A stretch of 64,000 bases of DNA, taken from Protoeuglena noctilucae (taxonomy: Eukaryota). The translations under genes were made by a program, and so were the position numbers. Below, in pieces: positions 32,625-45,226 of the stretch. The stretch is taken from positions 124,001-188,000 of the forward strand of contig OY253684.1 in assembly GCA_958009085.1 (NCBI GenBank). Reading direction: 5' to 3'. The notes under the pieces were generated by a model. The model had not been told where the DNA came from and did not search any database. It saw nothing but the letters and a program-made list of their open reading frames with translations. The first letter of the stretch is position 1. The number at the start of each line of letters is the position of its first letter.

Positions 32625-33868
32625 ATGTTCGCTCCTAGCGTGGGGGCAGGCGTGCGCCGCGCCCCTTTTGCTGGGGTGCAGCCACGACGCGTCCCCGCGG
32701 GCCCGGCTCTCGCCGCATCCGGGTCCAGGAGGGTCGTTGCGCGAGCAAATCCCGATGACAAGCAGGTGAGCGTCGTTCAGGAGCCCGCGGAACGCCTGCG
32801 CGGCGGCGGCGTGCGGCCGCGGCTGCGGCGCTGGCAGGCATCCCTGCAGCGGGGCCCTGCCGATTTGGTCACGTCCGCCAGTCTTTTCTAGCACATGCTT
32901 AGGACTAGCGTAGGCTGGCCCCGGCATCGGCGCGCATCCGTCCCGCACAGCGCGGCGGGGTGCGACGACGCCGGAGCGGTGCCGTGATCCGTCCCCGCCG
33001 CGCGATGCGCCGCCCTCGCCCCGCTCGCGAGCGCAGGAAGCAGCAAAGAAGGCTGTGCAGGAGTCGCTACAGGGGATGTTCAAGGGAAAGGACATCCTGG
33101 CGGAGTTTGACTCGCGCGGGGGCGGCGGCGGGGGGCGGAGCGGGGGCGGGGGCGGCGGTTGGGGCGATTTCTGGGGCAGCTTCCGCGACCCCAACGAGTG
33201 GAGGGTGAGATCGATTGACATGATGGATGCCGCGGGCGTGTTTGCGAGAACCACGGGCCAGCACCTGACCCGCAGCAAGGCCAGGTCGCCCTTTCATGCC
33301 ATGCCACCCCTTATCACCCACCCATCGCCGCCCGTCCGCCCCTGCATCGCAGCGTTTCGGTTTCGGCATGTTCCAGACGGCGGTCGGCTTCACGCGGGAG
33401 ACGTTCAGCTTCCTGGTCGCCCTGAGTGCGTTTGTGGCGGTCATTTGGGCGGCGGGCAACATCCCTGCGGTCCTGCACCTCATCCAGCTGGCCATCATCA
33501 AGGTGAGGGGTGACATAGCGGGAACTGAGCTGTGATAGAGGGCTCGGCCCTCGCTGGGGCAGCAGCGAGCCCCGCACGTGTGTGTTGTTGCCGCTCTCGC
33601 CACCACTGCCACTGCCATAGCCACTCTCGCTGTCCCTTCCTTACTCATCCTACTAAGACGTCTCATAACCACCACCATTACCACCACCACTACTCTCCCT
33701 CCCCAGGCCCTCCGTTTGGACGGTGGCAGCAAGCGTGCTCGCCTCGAGTCAAAGGTGAAGGCCGCAAAGGAGTCGGCGGGGAAGGGCGCGGACTCGCTGG
33801 GCGTGGCGGAGAGCACGGTGATGGCGCGGTGGGTGAGCGACAACGAGGACGAGGGGGACGAGGAGTGA
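32625..33868 (+). CDS. Unknown plastid-targeted protein with a Gly-rich linker and a hydrophobic segment
   Basis: Transit-peptide-like N-terminus ending RRVVARA; four exons; KDILAEFD-G-rich-WGDFW; hydrophobic FSFLVALSAFVAVIWAAG. Confidence 0.7.
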
Positions 33869-34263
33869 GGGGGGTGGTGGGGTCGTGGGAGAGGAGGGAG
33901 GGGGGGTGGTGGGGTGGTGGGAGAGGAGTGTGAAGCAGGGAACGCTGTAGTGTGGCGGCAGGTTGAAGCACGGTGGATTGCCAAAAAAGCTTTGTCGCAT
34001 TCTGCTTGTGAGGCCCCCCACCCGGACGAAGGCAGAGAGGGTTTTCAAAGAACCAAGAGGGGAAGCGAGGCGCAGGGACACGCGCTGTTCCGCGATCAGG
34101 GAGAGCCCCATAGAGCCCCATACAAGACACGAGACTGCCTTATACAAGACGTGAGCCTCGATGCCCCGACAGCCCGCACTCGGCCCACGCCCACGACCCC
34201 GTGAGTGTCGCACATGGGCAGTAGTGGTGGCAGTAGTGGTGGCAGCAGTGGTACAGCACCCCC

Positions 34264-37200
34264 CTACGCCGCGGTGGGGGTGATGAGCGGCCCCGATGCC
34301 TTGAGTGCCGCCACGATGTCCTGGAATCGCCTGACGTGCTTGATGAGCGCGTCGCTGTGCCTTCGCGTCGTCTTGGCCTCCCGCACCGACACCACCTCCT
34401 GGCCGTCCATGTTCAGGTCCAGGATGAACTGCGGGGTGTTTTGGGAATAGTGTTATTGCGGTTGCAACGTGGCACCTGTATGGTGACACTCTGGGGTCAC
34501 CAGTCACAACCATGCTGAGCGAGAGGGTGGAGTGGTACATGACAGGTACATGTGTGGTGCAGGCACGGACACAATAACAATGGTAATGACATAGACCGAC
34601 AGAAATGCGCTGACCCAACCAGGTCGCCGCCCCCTCCCCGCCCGGCCTCGGTGCAGATCTTGGTATGTTTCTGACATGTCATCAGCAGATCAGATAACCG
34701 CATCAGAAAGTGCTCGTCCTCGGCCGGGCGGGGGCGGGGATGGGGAGGGGCGGCGCCAGTGACAGCGTAGGGAAAGTGACGACGCTGGTGCGGGTGACTT
34801 CGCTACCCAAGGGACACATCGCAGTGAAATATGAGCCCGGCAGGCACCGAAAGCATCGCACGCGTCGCAATGCGCCCCTCCACCTGCCCCAAAGCCCAGC
34901 ACCAAGCATCTGTGCCACAAATGTCCAACGCCACCCCGTGCCCCTTACGCTGCACCAACCCCCCGTGCCCCCCGCCCGTGCACTCACCTCCACGTCTGCC
35001 GTGTTGACTACCTCCCCCCCCAGCAGGTCCGCCCCGCAGTGCTCGTTCCACGTCTTGATCTCACACCGCTTGTAGCCGTTGAGCACCGTGCGCACGTCCT
35101 CTAGTGACAGCCCCATGAGCTTGGCCAGCTTGGGGAGGCCGATGGACTGAGGTAGAGAGGGGGGGATGGGGACGAGGTGAGGTGGGTGGCATGGGCCAGG
35201 GCGAGGGGCGGGATGCGGTGGGTGGTGCATGTGGGTGGGTGGCAGTGGCGGGGTGGGAGGGTATGACAGGAAAGCAGAACAGCAGGGTGCACGGAGCAAG
35301 GGGTGTTGTGCAAGACGACAGGTGCGGCGATCGTGACGTGACTATATATTGTGGGGGAGCTACTATCAGAGAACACCCACGGTGAAAAGGAGTGCTGTCA
35401 GCGAATCTCCCCCAGGTTTGCTATGCGCCCTGTATGAAACCCGCCGGGCATGGGTGGGGGGCGGCGCCGGGGAACCCGGGCCGCCACACCCGGCACGGGC
35501 GGGGGATTAACTCGGGCGGGGGTTGGGGTGGGAATGAATATCGGTGAGAGGAGGGATAACGGTGGGAGTGATGACAAGTCACTTTTACACTGAGTAGCAG
35601 TGGTATTAAGCCAGGTACTACCACAGTCGGATGGATGCCACTCGCTAGCACCCTCACCGCGTATAAGCTGAGGTACTGTCGGATGGAGGGGACGTGCTTC
35701 CTCTTCTCGACCTCAGCTGCGAACTTGGCGGCCTGCGCCTGCCAGAACACGTCGTTGTGGTGGTTCAGTTCGGTCGCATTGGAGTAGTTGGGCATGTCCG
35801 GGTTGATGAAGCGGGGGCACGCGTAGGCGAAGCGGTCGCGCAGGGCGTCGACGCCGTCGTTGCGGCCAATGGCCGAGATGATGTCCCTGTGCTTGGCCAT
35901 GAGGGCATTGGCGACCGACTCGTCCAGTAAGCGCTGGGCGCGGGGGCAGAGGGCCACGGTGACGGCCAGCAGGGAGAAGAGCTGCTCGTTGCGCTTGAGC
36001 ATTTGCTCGAAAAGGCCCGGGCGGGACTGGGGGGGGAGGGGCGATGGGGGATGTGGTGGGGGGTGGTTAGTGGATGAGAATGAGACGGCGGTGGTGGGGT
36101 AGCAACGGAGCAGAGGGGGTAGCAGACGGGCGGCCAAGAGCAGAGGTATAGATTGAAGCAACGGGAGCACAGGCACAGCAAATGGGCAGTGGCCGTACAT
36201 CACTCACCGTGGACCCTGCCGCGGTGATGCGGTTGATGAATCCGATGACGGTGTTGAAGCATCGAGTGGCGTCGAGGTACCGCCCCAGCATGAAGTAGGA
36301 GAAGCCGGCGTAGTAGAAGAGCGTGATGTTGCACGTGGTGAGCTTCGCGGCCAGGAGCGTCTGCCGATTGAAGATCTCGATCGGCTCGAGCGCGCGAATC
36401 GCGGACTCATATTCCCCGATAATCGTCAGGCACCGCAGCTGGCCCACCATCGCGAAGTAACCCAGCATCTTCAGCACGTTCGACTCACGGTCCGAATAAC
36501 CCTCCGTCTCGAAGAGCGACTGCGGGGGCGCGCGGCGGGAGGGCGCGGGATGGGCGAGAGCAGAGGGCGGCGAGCATGCAAGCGGTCCCGCGGCGCGCGC
36601 GAGCGGGGCGGCGTCCTCTCAGAGTCATGGAAGATGGGTCATAGCCAAAGCTCCGATGGTACGGACAAAAATTCGTCTTCATAGAGGTCACGGCGGGGCT
36701 GCCGGGGGCCGCGGCTGCCGCTCAGGCACTGCGGCGCGACGGGGCGCGCCCCGGCGCCGCGGTCGTCCGCTGCGCGCGCATAACATACGCAATGATCCGA
36801 ATATGATGCCGGACACTCGCCTTCCCGCCGTCCTCGGCGATGATCCGCCGGATGCCGCTGCGGTCCGTCAGGGCCTTGAGCATCCCCATCACGTCGTTGA
36901 TGTGCCACAAGTGCGGGTTGGAGGACAAGATCTCGATGTCCCCGTTGTTGCGCACGAGCCTGCGGGGCGCGGGGGGGCGGGGAGCGGCCGGTGGCGGGGC
37001 TGGCGGGAAGGGGCGGCGGTCGACCCCCCGCGCGCGGCGGCGGGCGGGCGGGGGTCAGCAATCTCGTGTGGTACATCCGCAGATATCGTCCGCGGGCGAA
37101 GCCCTCGGAAGGAAGGCAGTAGATCTGACAGACGGGTCTCATCGTCCCACCGGGCCCGAGGCCGCCGAGCAGCCGCCGCGGCGCCGCCCGAGCCGCGGCG

Positions 37201-37689
37201 CGGCCGCGCGCCTCACCTCGCTCTCGAGCTGTTGAAGTTATGGAACTGGAAGCAGAACTCGTCGACCATGTCCCAGAGCCAGCCGTTGGGGAGCTGCATG
37301 TTGATGGGGGCCTCGAGGATGATGTTGAAGAGCTGGCAGTAGTTGTCCCAGGAGCCCACGCGGTCCTCGAGCGTGGGCATCACGCGGAGATACAAGTGCC
37401 GGTAGTACGCCTCCTTGTAAAGCAAGCAGAAGACGTGGTCGTGGTCCACGATGTGCGCGATGGCCTCCACGGGCGGCCACGGCGTGTTCTTGAAATACCG
37501 CTCGGACAGCTTGTTGAAGGAGACGTCGTACATGGACCAGATGGCCTCCGTGTTGCGCTCGCGGATGTGCCGGTAGAAGTAGCTCACGAACTGCTTCACG
37601 ATGTCGGGAACCATGAACTGCAGCTCCGCCTGCTCCCCCGCCCCGGGGCCCGGGTAGTACTGCCGCCCGGGCGGGTAGCCCTGCGCCAT
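34264..37689 (-). CDS. EIF3L: Eukaryotic translation initiation factor 3 subunit L; snoRNA host gene
   Basis: Motifs VPDIVKQFVSYFYRHIRERN, FNKLSERYFKNTPWP, FCLLYKEAYYRHLY, LPNGWLWDMVDEFCFQF, LKMLGYF and ACPRFI. Confidence 0.95.
34636..34733 (-). ncRNA. Intronic box C/D snoRNA with two LSU rRNA guides
   Basis: 12-bp terminal stem. Boxes: C AGGACGA, D' CTGA, C' TGATGA, D CCGA. The 13-nt guides are complementary to recalled LSU sequences AUAACCGCAUCAG and UGCAGAUCUUGGU. Confidence 0.85.
35347..35503 (-). ncRNA. Intronic box H/ACA snoRNA
   Basis: Hairpin, H box ATAGCA (35419-35424), hairpin closed by GGGGGAG/CTCCCCC, then ACA+3 nt. Pocket strands TTCGCTG and TAGTAG fit recalled LSU CUACUA-UC-UAGCGAA. 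Confidence 0.82.
36615..36687 (-). ncRNA. Intronic box C/D snoRNA
   Basis: CCTC/GAGG stem, C box ATGAAGA and D box CTGA; the 12-nt guide TTGTCCGTACCA is complementary to recalled LSU UGGUACGGACAA. Confidence 0.75.
37049..37152 (-). ncRNA. Intronic box C/D snoRNA (snR52-like SSU guide)
   Basis: C box ACGATGA; guide CTGCCTTCCTT (anti-18S AAGGAAGGCAG) followed by D' CCGA; C' GGACGA; D CTGA; short G/C terminal stem. Confidence 0.8.
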
Positions 37690-38042
37690 GGGCCCCCCGG
37701 CGCCGCGACCAACCCGACGAGGTCTCTTCTTTTCCACCCAAGAGGCGCGAGATCCGGAGCGAGAGACACGCGGGAGTGCAGCGAGAGGCGCGGTGGTGGC
37801 TATAAATGGTGATACGCGTTCTGTGCGGGCACGGAGGCGGCCGGAGGTGCACGTCATCGGCCGGCGGCTGCGTCTGGCGCGGCTTCGCCAGAGACTGGCG
37901 GATCGCGGCGCGCGGAGAGCGCAGAAGGCGCTCGCTTCGACGCGCATGTTCACAGCACTCGCAAGTGCTGCCTACGATCTCAGCCGAGCCCCCCGCGTTT
38001 CAAGTTTATCACGCACGCCATCAATCGCGACGCTGCGCGTGT

Positions 38043-40251
38043 TCATGCCAGCGTGGGCTGCAGCTTCCCCGACTCGACGAACTTCTTCACGTACTGCCTC
38101 GCCCACTGGTCGTAGTGCACGATGTCCTCCAGGGACGGCGCCGCCACGAAGTCCTGCACGCACAGAAAGGCGATACAAACAATGATCGTCTCCTCGTCAC
38201 CACCCAAGCAGCTGTAACTTCCAATGACAGCGACAGCGCGTGCGGGGAGATGCGGCAAGCCTTCTCGCCTTGCGGTGGGCCTCGCAGGCCTTCTCGACGA
38301 CCCGCATGATGTCGAGGTAGTGGATGCGCTCGTCGATGAACATCTCCACGGCCTGCTCATTGGCAGCCGACAGCACGCCCGTCATCGTGCCGCCCGCGCG
38401 GCCCGCGGCGTACGCCAGGTTCATCGAGGGGTACTTCTCGTGCTCAGGCTTCTTGAACGTCAGGTTGCCCATCTTGATGAAGTCGAGCCTGCGTCACGAG
38501 AACAGTGAGGGGCGGCGTGAGGGGCGTGAGAGAGACCCGCAGGGACGCACTTGAGCCACTTCAGCAGAGATGCACACGCTAGGTACCTCTCGAGGCCCCC
38601 AACGTCGCCAGTCACAGTCGCGCATCCCCGGCTCCCTCGCGCACCCCAGTGCCCCTGTCATCACCTGGCCCACGTCTCTGTGCTAGTCACAACCAATCAC
38701 CCCGTGTCCCTCCTATCCACTACCCCAACCACCGCCCATCATCACACCTGGGCCAGGTCTCCTCGGAAGTCATGACGCGCTCGGGCCACGACATGGTGTA
38801 GAGGATCGGGAGGCGCATGTCGGGCCAGCCCAGCTGCGCGAGGACCGACGAGTCGGCCGTCTCGACCATCGAGTGGATGATGGACTGGGGGTGGATGACG
38901 ATCTCGATGTTGTCGTAATTGGTGCCGTAGAGGTAGTGCGCCTCAATGACCTCCAGGCCCTTGTTCATCAGCGTGGCCGAGTCGACCGTGATCTTCTTCC
39001 CCATCGACCAGTTGGGGTGCTTGAGGGCGTCCTGCACCCGCACCTCCTTGAGCTTCTCCGCCGGCCAGTCGCGGAACGCCCCGCCCGACGCCGTCAGAAT
39101 GATGCGGCGCAGGCCGCCCTCGGGGAGGCCCTGGATGCACTGGAATAGCGCCGAGTGCTCCGAGTCCGCCGGGAGGATCTTGATCCCGTGCTTGTCGGCC
39201 AGGGGCAGGATGGCAGGGCCCCCGGCAATGAGCGTCTCCTTGTTGGCCAGGCAGATGTTCTTGCCCTTCTTGATCGCGGCCACCGTCGGCTGCAGCCCCG
39301 CGCACCCCACAATCCCCGTCACGACCGACTCGGCGTCCGGGTGCTCCGCCACCGCCGCGTTGCCCGCGTCGCCCGTCACAATCTCCGGCGTGTAGTCCAG
39401 GCCCTTCAGGAGCTCTTTCAGCTCCGAAACCTTGTCCGCGTTCCGCAGACCCACCAGCTGCGGCCGGAACTTGCGCACCTGCTCCGCCAGCAGCTCCACG
39501 TTGGACCCGGCCGCCAGCGCCACGATCTGCGAGGGACAGACAGAGCAGGGTACCTCAGCTTATGACAGGGATCAGACACGTGCAGTATGGACGCAGCTAT
39601 GATCAAAAGATGGGTTCTGGCAACCAGGTGGATGGTTCTCTGCAAATCCTCGCCTGGAACTTGTCGGGGTGCTCGGCCACAATGTCGAGCGTTTGCGTGC
39701 CGATCGACCCCGTCGACCCCAGCAGCGAGAACTTCTTGGGGCCTGCGCGGGGTGACGGTGGAGGGCCGTTTCCTGCAAAGGCCGACGGGGAAGGGAGGCG
39801 GAGGATGGACAGAGCGCAGGCGTGGAGAGCTGCACGCACCATCCACGCCGAGCTTGGGGTAGTCCTTGGGGACGTCGCACCGGCCGGGCCACGCAGGCGG
39901 AACCTTGGCGGCGCAGGTAGCCACCGAGCGCTGGGCCGCCCCCGCCCCCGCCAAACCCAGCCCCGCCAAAGAGCTGCGAGAGGTACGGCGGAATCCGGGG
40001 TCGAAGGGCGCGGGCCAGCGGCTCAGACGAGGCGCGAGTGAGAACACCCATGAGATGCAGCCGCAGGACATCCCGGCGCCCCGCAGGCAGCGCGCGGGGC
40101 GAGGCGATGCGCAGGCGCTGCCCGCATCGCAGCTTCGCGAGATTGCGGGGCGTGGCGGGGTCCGTGCAGGGGCGCGAACGCAAGCAAGCGCCCATGAAAC
40201 CGCGCTGACGCAGTGCCGCCGCAGTGATCGCGCGCCTCGCCTGGCCATCAT
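38043..40251 (-). CDS. DXR: 1-deoxy-D-xylulose 5-phosphate reductoisomerase, plastid (start approximate)
   Basis: Motifs [68 protein letters not shown] and SAANEQAV. Confidence 0.97.
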
Positions 40252-40565
40252 CGCCCGAAGTGCACTATCCGCTGGTCGACACCCGAGCTGCCTCTTCGTG
40301 ACTCGTCGACACCTCCCCCGCGCAGAACGCAATGTGTGGTCGCCGGGGACGCCGATGCGCGCTCCTGCTGCCCTTCCGCAAACTCGGTTCGCCGCTGCCA
40401 GTCAGTCACCAGTTTCACTCAGCGATGTTCAGCCATTTCCAGCATTCGCGCACTCTCCGACTTCCTATGCTGTGTGAGAGCTTGCGGCCGCGTTGCATGG
40501 CTCAGAAACGCTAGCACGTCCGCCCTGCGCCTTCTCCATTGCCGTCCCGCTCCGCGTGTGTGACG

Positions 40566-42343
40566 ATGGCGTGCTCTGCGGCCCTCTGTAGATGCACATG
40601 TAGCTGGTCGCTTCCCAGACGCCTGCCGCGCTTCCCCAAGCCCGGGCGTGGCTTGCAGACGGAGTCTCGCGCAGCTCCACGCGAGGTCGACATCATCTAC
40701 GCGGCATTCGATCACGCCAAGCACGATGCCCCCATGCTCGCGCACCCGGAGGTACCTATCAAGCGCTGGAGGTACACATCGCGCCCTGCCGACCCGCGGG
40801 AAGGCCGAACGCTGGCTGTGTCGTGCGCGCAGTGCGCCGCGCGTGTGGCTGAGTCAATCAAGGCGCTATCGAAGCATGGCGTGGACGAGGAGGGGCTGCC
40901 GAGCCGGGTGTGGCGTCTGCCGGGGGAGGACCTGGCGAGCGTGGAGGAGCTGACCCGTGTGCACTCGAAACAGTTTGTGCAGGGCCTGCGGAAGGCGTGC
41001 GAGGCAGCCGCCCCACAGGACGTCCTGGGCAGCGACACTTACTTCACGTTCGACACGTACAATGCCGCGGCGCGGACAGCGGGCGCCGCGTGCCGTCTGG
41101 TGGACGAGGTGGTGGCACGGAGCAAGGAGAGGGTGTCCCCCTCGCCGTCGGGCTTTCTGCTCTCCCGGCCGCCTGGGCACCACGCCGTGCGCGCCGAGCC
41201 GTACGGCTTCTGCATCTTCGGGTGAGCGATGGCGGCCAAGGAATGACTGCACTGGTCACATCACTGGGCAGAGTGTGACGGAACTACTCCCCATGGCACC
41301 CCCTTCTCGCAGGACGGCGGCGGTGGCAGCGCGGCACGCGCAGCAAGCCCACGGCCTGGAGCGCGTCATGATTTACGACTTTGACGTGCATCACGGCAAC
41401 GGCACTCAGGTCAGGGATTTACGAACGAGATGCGTAGCTAGATGGGCTGCTGAACTTGCGCATGTGCCTGAACGAGCTAGACCTTTTCTGGGGTTGCCAT
41501 GCATCGCAGGATGCTTTCCTCAGGGACCCATCTGTGCTTTTCGTCAGCCACCACCAGGAGGGCATCTTCCCCGGGTGAGGGCAGCCCCGTGCATGTACAT
41601 CGAGGGACCGCCATAGAGGGTCATACCCGCCTGCGTGCCCAGGTCAAGCAGTGCTCAATCCTGCCACGCCGAGTGTCACTGTCACCCCCGCAGCACCGGC
41701 GCGGCTGCTGAGACGGGCCGCGGGGACGGCGAGGGCTTCACCCTGAACGTGCCGCTGCCGGGGCTGGCGGGGGACGCGGCGGCGCGAGCGACGTTCGAGG
41801 AGGTGGTGGGCCCAGCAGCCAGGCGCTTCAAGCCAGACCTGATCGTGGTGTCTGCGGGGTACGACGCCCATTGGCGGGACCCACTCGCCAACTTGCAATT
41901 CCGCACCAGCACCTTCCACTGGCTCGTGCAGCAGACGCGCGCCCTGGCCGAGGAGCTCTGCGGGGGGCGCGTGATGTTTGTGCTCGAAGTGAGGGTGGGG
42001 GTGGGTGCGCGGTTGTGCTTGTTTGTGCTGCCGGTGAGGAGAGGGGCACGTCTTGTTTGTGTTCGAGGTGAGGGCTGCCACAAAAAATTAGACTGAGCTC
42101 CCAAGGGAACCACAGTGACAGATCAAGTTTTATTACCACTGTGTGTAACCCATTGATACCCAAGGCCGCCCCTCGCCCTCGCAGGGCGGGTACGACCTCA
42201 AAGTTCTGTCCGAGTCAGTCGTGGATTCATTCCGCGCGCTGCTGGGTATGCCCTCCATCGACGCCTTCGACGCCAGCCAGCTCCCTGAGGAGGCCGACGT
42301 GCGGGCAGTGCTGCGGGAGGTGCGCTCCATCCACCAGCTGTGA
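40566..42343 (+). CDS. HDA14: Class II histone-deacetylase-family protein, HDA14-like with organellar presequence
   Basis: Motifs HPE, RPPGHHA, GFCIFG, DFDVHHGNGT, VSAGYDAHWRDPLA and LEGGY. Confidence 0.85.
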
Positions 42344-42690
42344 TACTTGCCCTAGGAGAACTGCCTGCGCCACAAAGGCTGGCGCGGCTGGGAAACGGAC
42401 CGCGGTGGGGGAAGGCGATAACTGGGCGATAGGACAACAGCGGCCTCGCAAATGGCAGTGGCTAGATGGCTCAACGCAGGCAGCCATCAATCCGAATGTG
42501 AATGCATTGTGACAAACTCTCTGATACAACTCGTGACATAACTCGTGCGGACCTCGAATCCAGTCTCGCTGGCGTGGTGCCACGCCGTCCCCTCTCTTGC
42601 TCTCTTGCAAGACAAAACCGGCCCCCGTGGTCCTCTGGTCCCCGTCATCCATAGTACCTGTACCCTACGCATGGTCCATGCGTACCCATC

Positions 42691-44516
42691 TCAGGCGCCC
42701 AGGACGGCCCTGAGTCCCTGGATGAGCGCGCCCACGTCCGACTCGTCGTTGTAGTAGTGCACGCTGGCCCGGAGGACCTCGTCGATGCCCCGGCGCTCGA
42801 AATCCACACGCGTGGAGGGCGCGCGCGACACCATGACGTTGACGGGCGGCGTGAGGGCCCGCAGCGCTCGCTTGACCTCCTCCAGGCGACCCTTGCGGCC
42901 ACGCACCGTGAAGCTCACGATGCCGCAGAGCGTGCGGCCGACATCCTGCGGGCAGGCGCGGGTCGCCTTAACATAGTCAGAAGCAACTTGACCCTGCTGT
43001 CCGCACCAGCGCCAGAGTGGTGCGTGGCACTGCCCCCTGGCAGTCGGCCCCGTCGCTCGCCTGCACCTCCACGCCCGGCACGCGCCCCAGCTCCTCCCGC
43101 AGCAACACCGCCAAATCCCGGATTCGATCCCAAGACCCCAGCCGCAGTGCCTCCCCCGCCTCCTCCGCCGCCACGCCCAGGCCGGCCTTGCTGGCAAATG
43201 ACATCTCGTACATCTCGTAACGACGGCCGCCCTCGCGCACACGGTAGGCGTCCGGGCCCACCCACTCCCCGCCCCAGTTGTCGAGCCAGCCCGGCTCGTG
43301 CCACGCGAGCGCCGCCTCGGACACATACACGAACCCCGCGCCCCTGCGACCCGGTGTCAAGAAAGGCGTGTAAGGTTCACTGGGCGTGCTGCAAGGAAAC
43401 GTCAGCCCAACGTTGACGAGGGTAGACCCACGCGCACCTGGGCCCTCGGAGGTACTTGCGACTCGTGCCGGTCAGGAAATCGCATCCGATCTCCGCCACG
43501 TCGATGGGCATCTGCCCCACCGACTGGCACGCATCGAGTAGATAGGGCATCCCGTGCGCACGCGTCACGCGTCCCACCCCCGCAGCGTCGTAGACCCGTC
43601 CGGACGAGGTGGGGACGTGCGTGACGCTGACGAGCGCCGCACGGTCGCCCAGGCGCGACAGGCGCGCGTCCAAGTCGGACAAGTCGATGTCATGGTCGGA
43701 AGTCTCGCCCACCACCTGGGGATGCGGGGGCCCCAGGAACGCACGTCGCAAAGGCGAGGTAAGAGTATAGCACAGGCAGATGAGTAGCACAGGCACAGAC
43801 AGATGAGCGCGCAGCAAAGGCACCATGAGCGCCTAACACAGGCACAGGTGCAAGCGAACAGTGGAAAGGGAAGGGGACACGATATCGACCTGGGCACATG
43901 AGCGCGGGGTGGGATGGTCGCCCGCGCTCACGTTAATCAGGCAACGTCGATCTGGCAGGCTTACAGGGCGCCACGCACACGGTGTGGGTGCGCGAGCCAG
44001 GTAAAGACCTGCGGCCGTCTTTAGCAGTCTTCTACGCAGCCCACTCGCCTCAATCTCGATTCCGAAGCGCTTGGCCAGCTGGAGGTAGGCGATGTAGTTG
44101 GAGCCGTACTCGTGGACGGAGGTCAGCACCACTTGGCCTGGCTGCCAAGGCATGCCGTACACGACCATGGACCAGGCGTGCGTGGCGCTGCACGTAACGC
44201 CAATCTGGCCGGGGGCGCAGTTCAGGAGGGCGCCGAGAGCGCCGTAACACCGCTGGAGGGCGTCTGATTGCAGCTCAGCCGCCTCGTAACCCCCGTGGAG
44301 CGCCTCGAGCATCGTGAAGGACTGCACGGCCGACAGAGTGTTTTCACTCGGCAAAGATGCTCCCGCGTTGTTGAGATGCACCACACTCGACACGCCGGGT
44401 GTTCGGCGGCGCCATTCGGTGTGCCAAGCGGTCGCTCGGGCCATCCCCGTGGCGCGCAAGCGAGCCGCCCCCCGCGCTGAGCCAGCGAGCGACTCCATGC
44501 GCCCCCCGCGACTCAT
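42691..44516 (-). CDS. Class V PLP-dependent enzyme (cysteine desulfurase/C-S lyase-like); start approximate
   Basis: Motifs HLNNAGAS, LDACQSVGQ, TSRKYLRGPRGAGFVYV (PLP Lys) and LRASVHYYN. Confidence 0.88.
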
Positions 44517-45226
44517 GGAGCTAGCGAAACCCTACTGCGGCGGCATCCGCCGTGAACGCTCGCCGTGGCCCTCAGCGAGCGCGCCGCAACGACGGCGGTG
44601 GCGGCAGGGGGTTCACCACGGAGTGACAGGTAATGGCGAGGACTTTAACGGATAATACCAAGTGATCGCAAGCGGGGGTAGAGTCTGCGGCGCGAGGACT
44701 GGCAGCTTTCGTGCCAGTTCACCCCGCAGGTTCGTCATTGCGCCCCTGCTTCTACGCGGGGCAATTACAGCAAACGAAAGGCGCGCATCGCACGGCTGGA
44801 ATCGCATCGAAAGGGTGAGCATGGGTCACAGCCGATGCGACGGCGAAGCTGCCCCGTCTGGCCCCCGAGCGCCCGATGCGTGTAAAATCCATGCTCCTCG
44901 TTCGTAACCGGTGGAGAGGCGGCGGGCGATCCCGTGCGGCCGTGGCTTCCAACTGTCGGGAGCACGCCTCATCCGGGCCGACCCGCTCCGATGCGGGCAT
45001 GTGGACATGATTGGCCTGGATCTGCTTGCATGGGAGATGAAATCGCATCGATGTTGCCATGTCGGGATGGCTGAGGGTGTCTTTTCGCCAGCGCGCGGCC
45101 CCTTGACCCCGACACTGCCTTAACGTCCCGCCCAAGCACCCGGTCCCACTATTCCGGCTCCTTTGCTCGCAGATTCATCTCTGCATTGACCTGCATCCCT
45201 CTCTTCAGCGAGATAGCGCAGGGAGC

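Noticed and set aside
36720..36775. GGACGA...CTGA on the minus strand as another snoRNA
   Set aside because: The interior is a simple GC hairpin with no identifiable guide.
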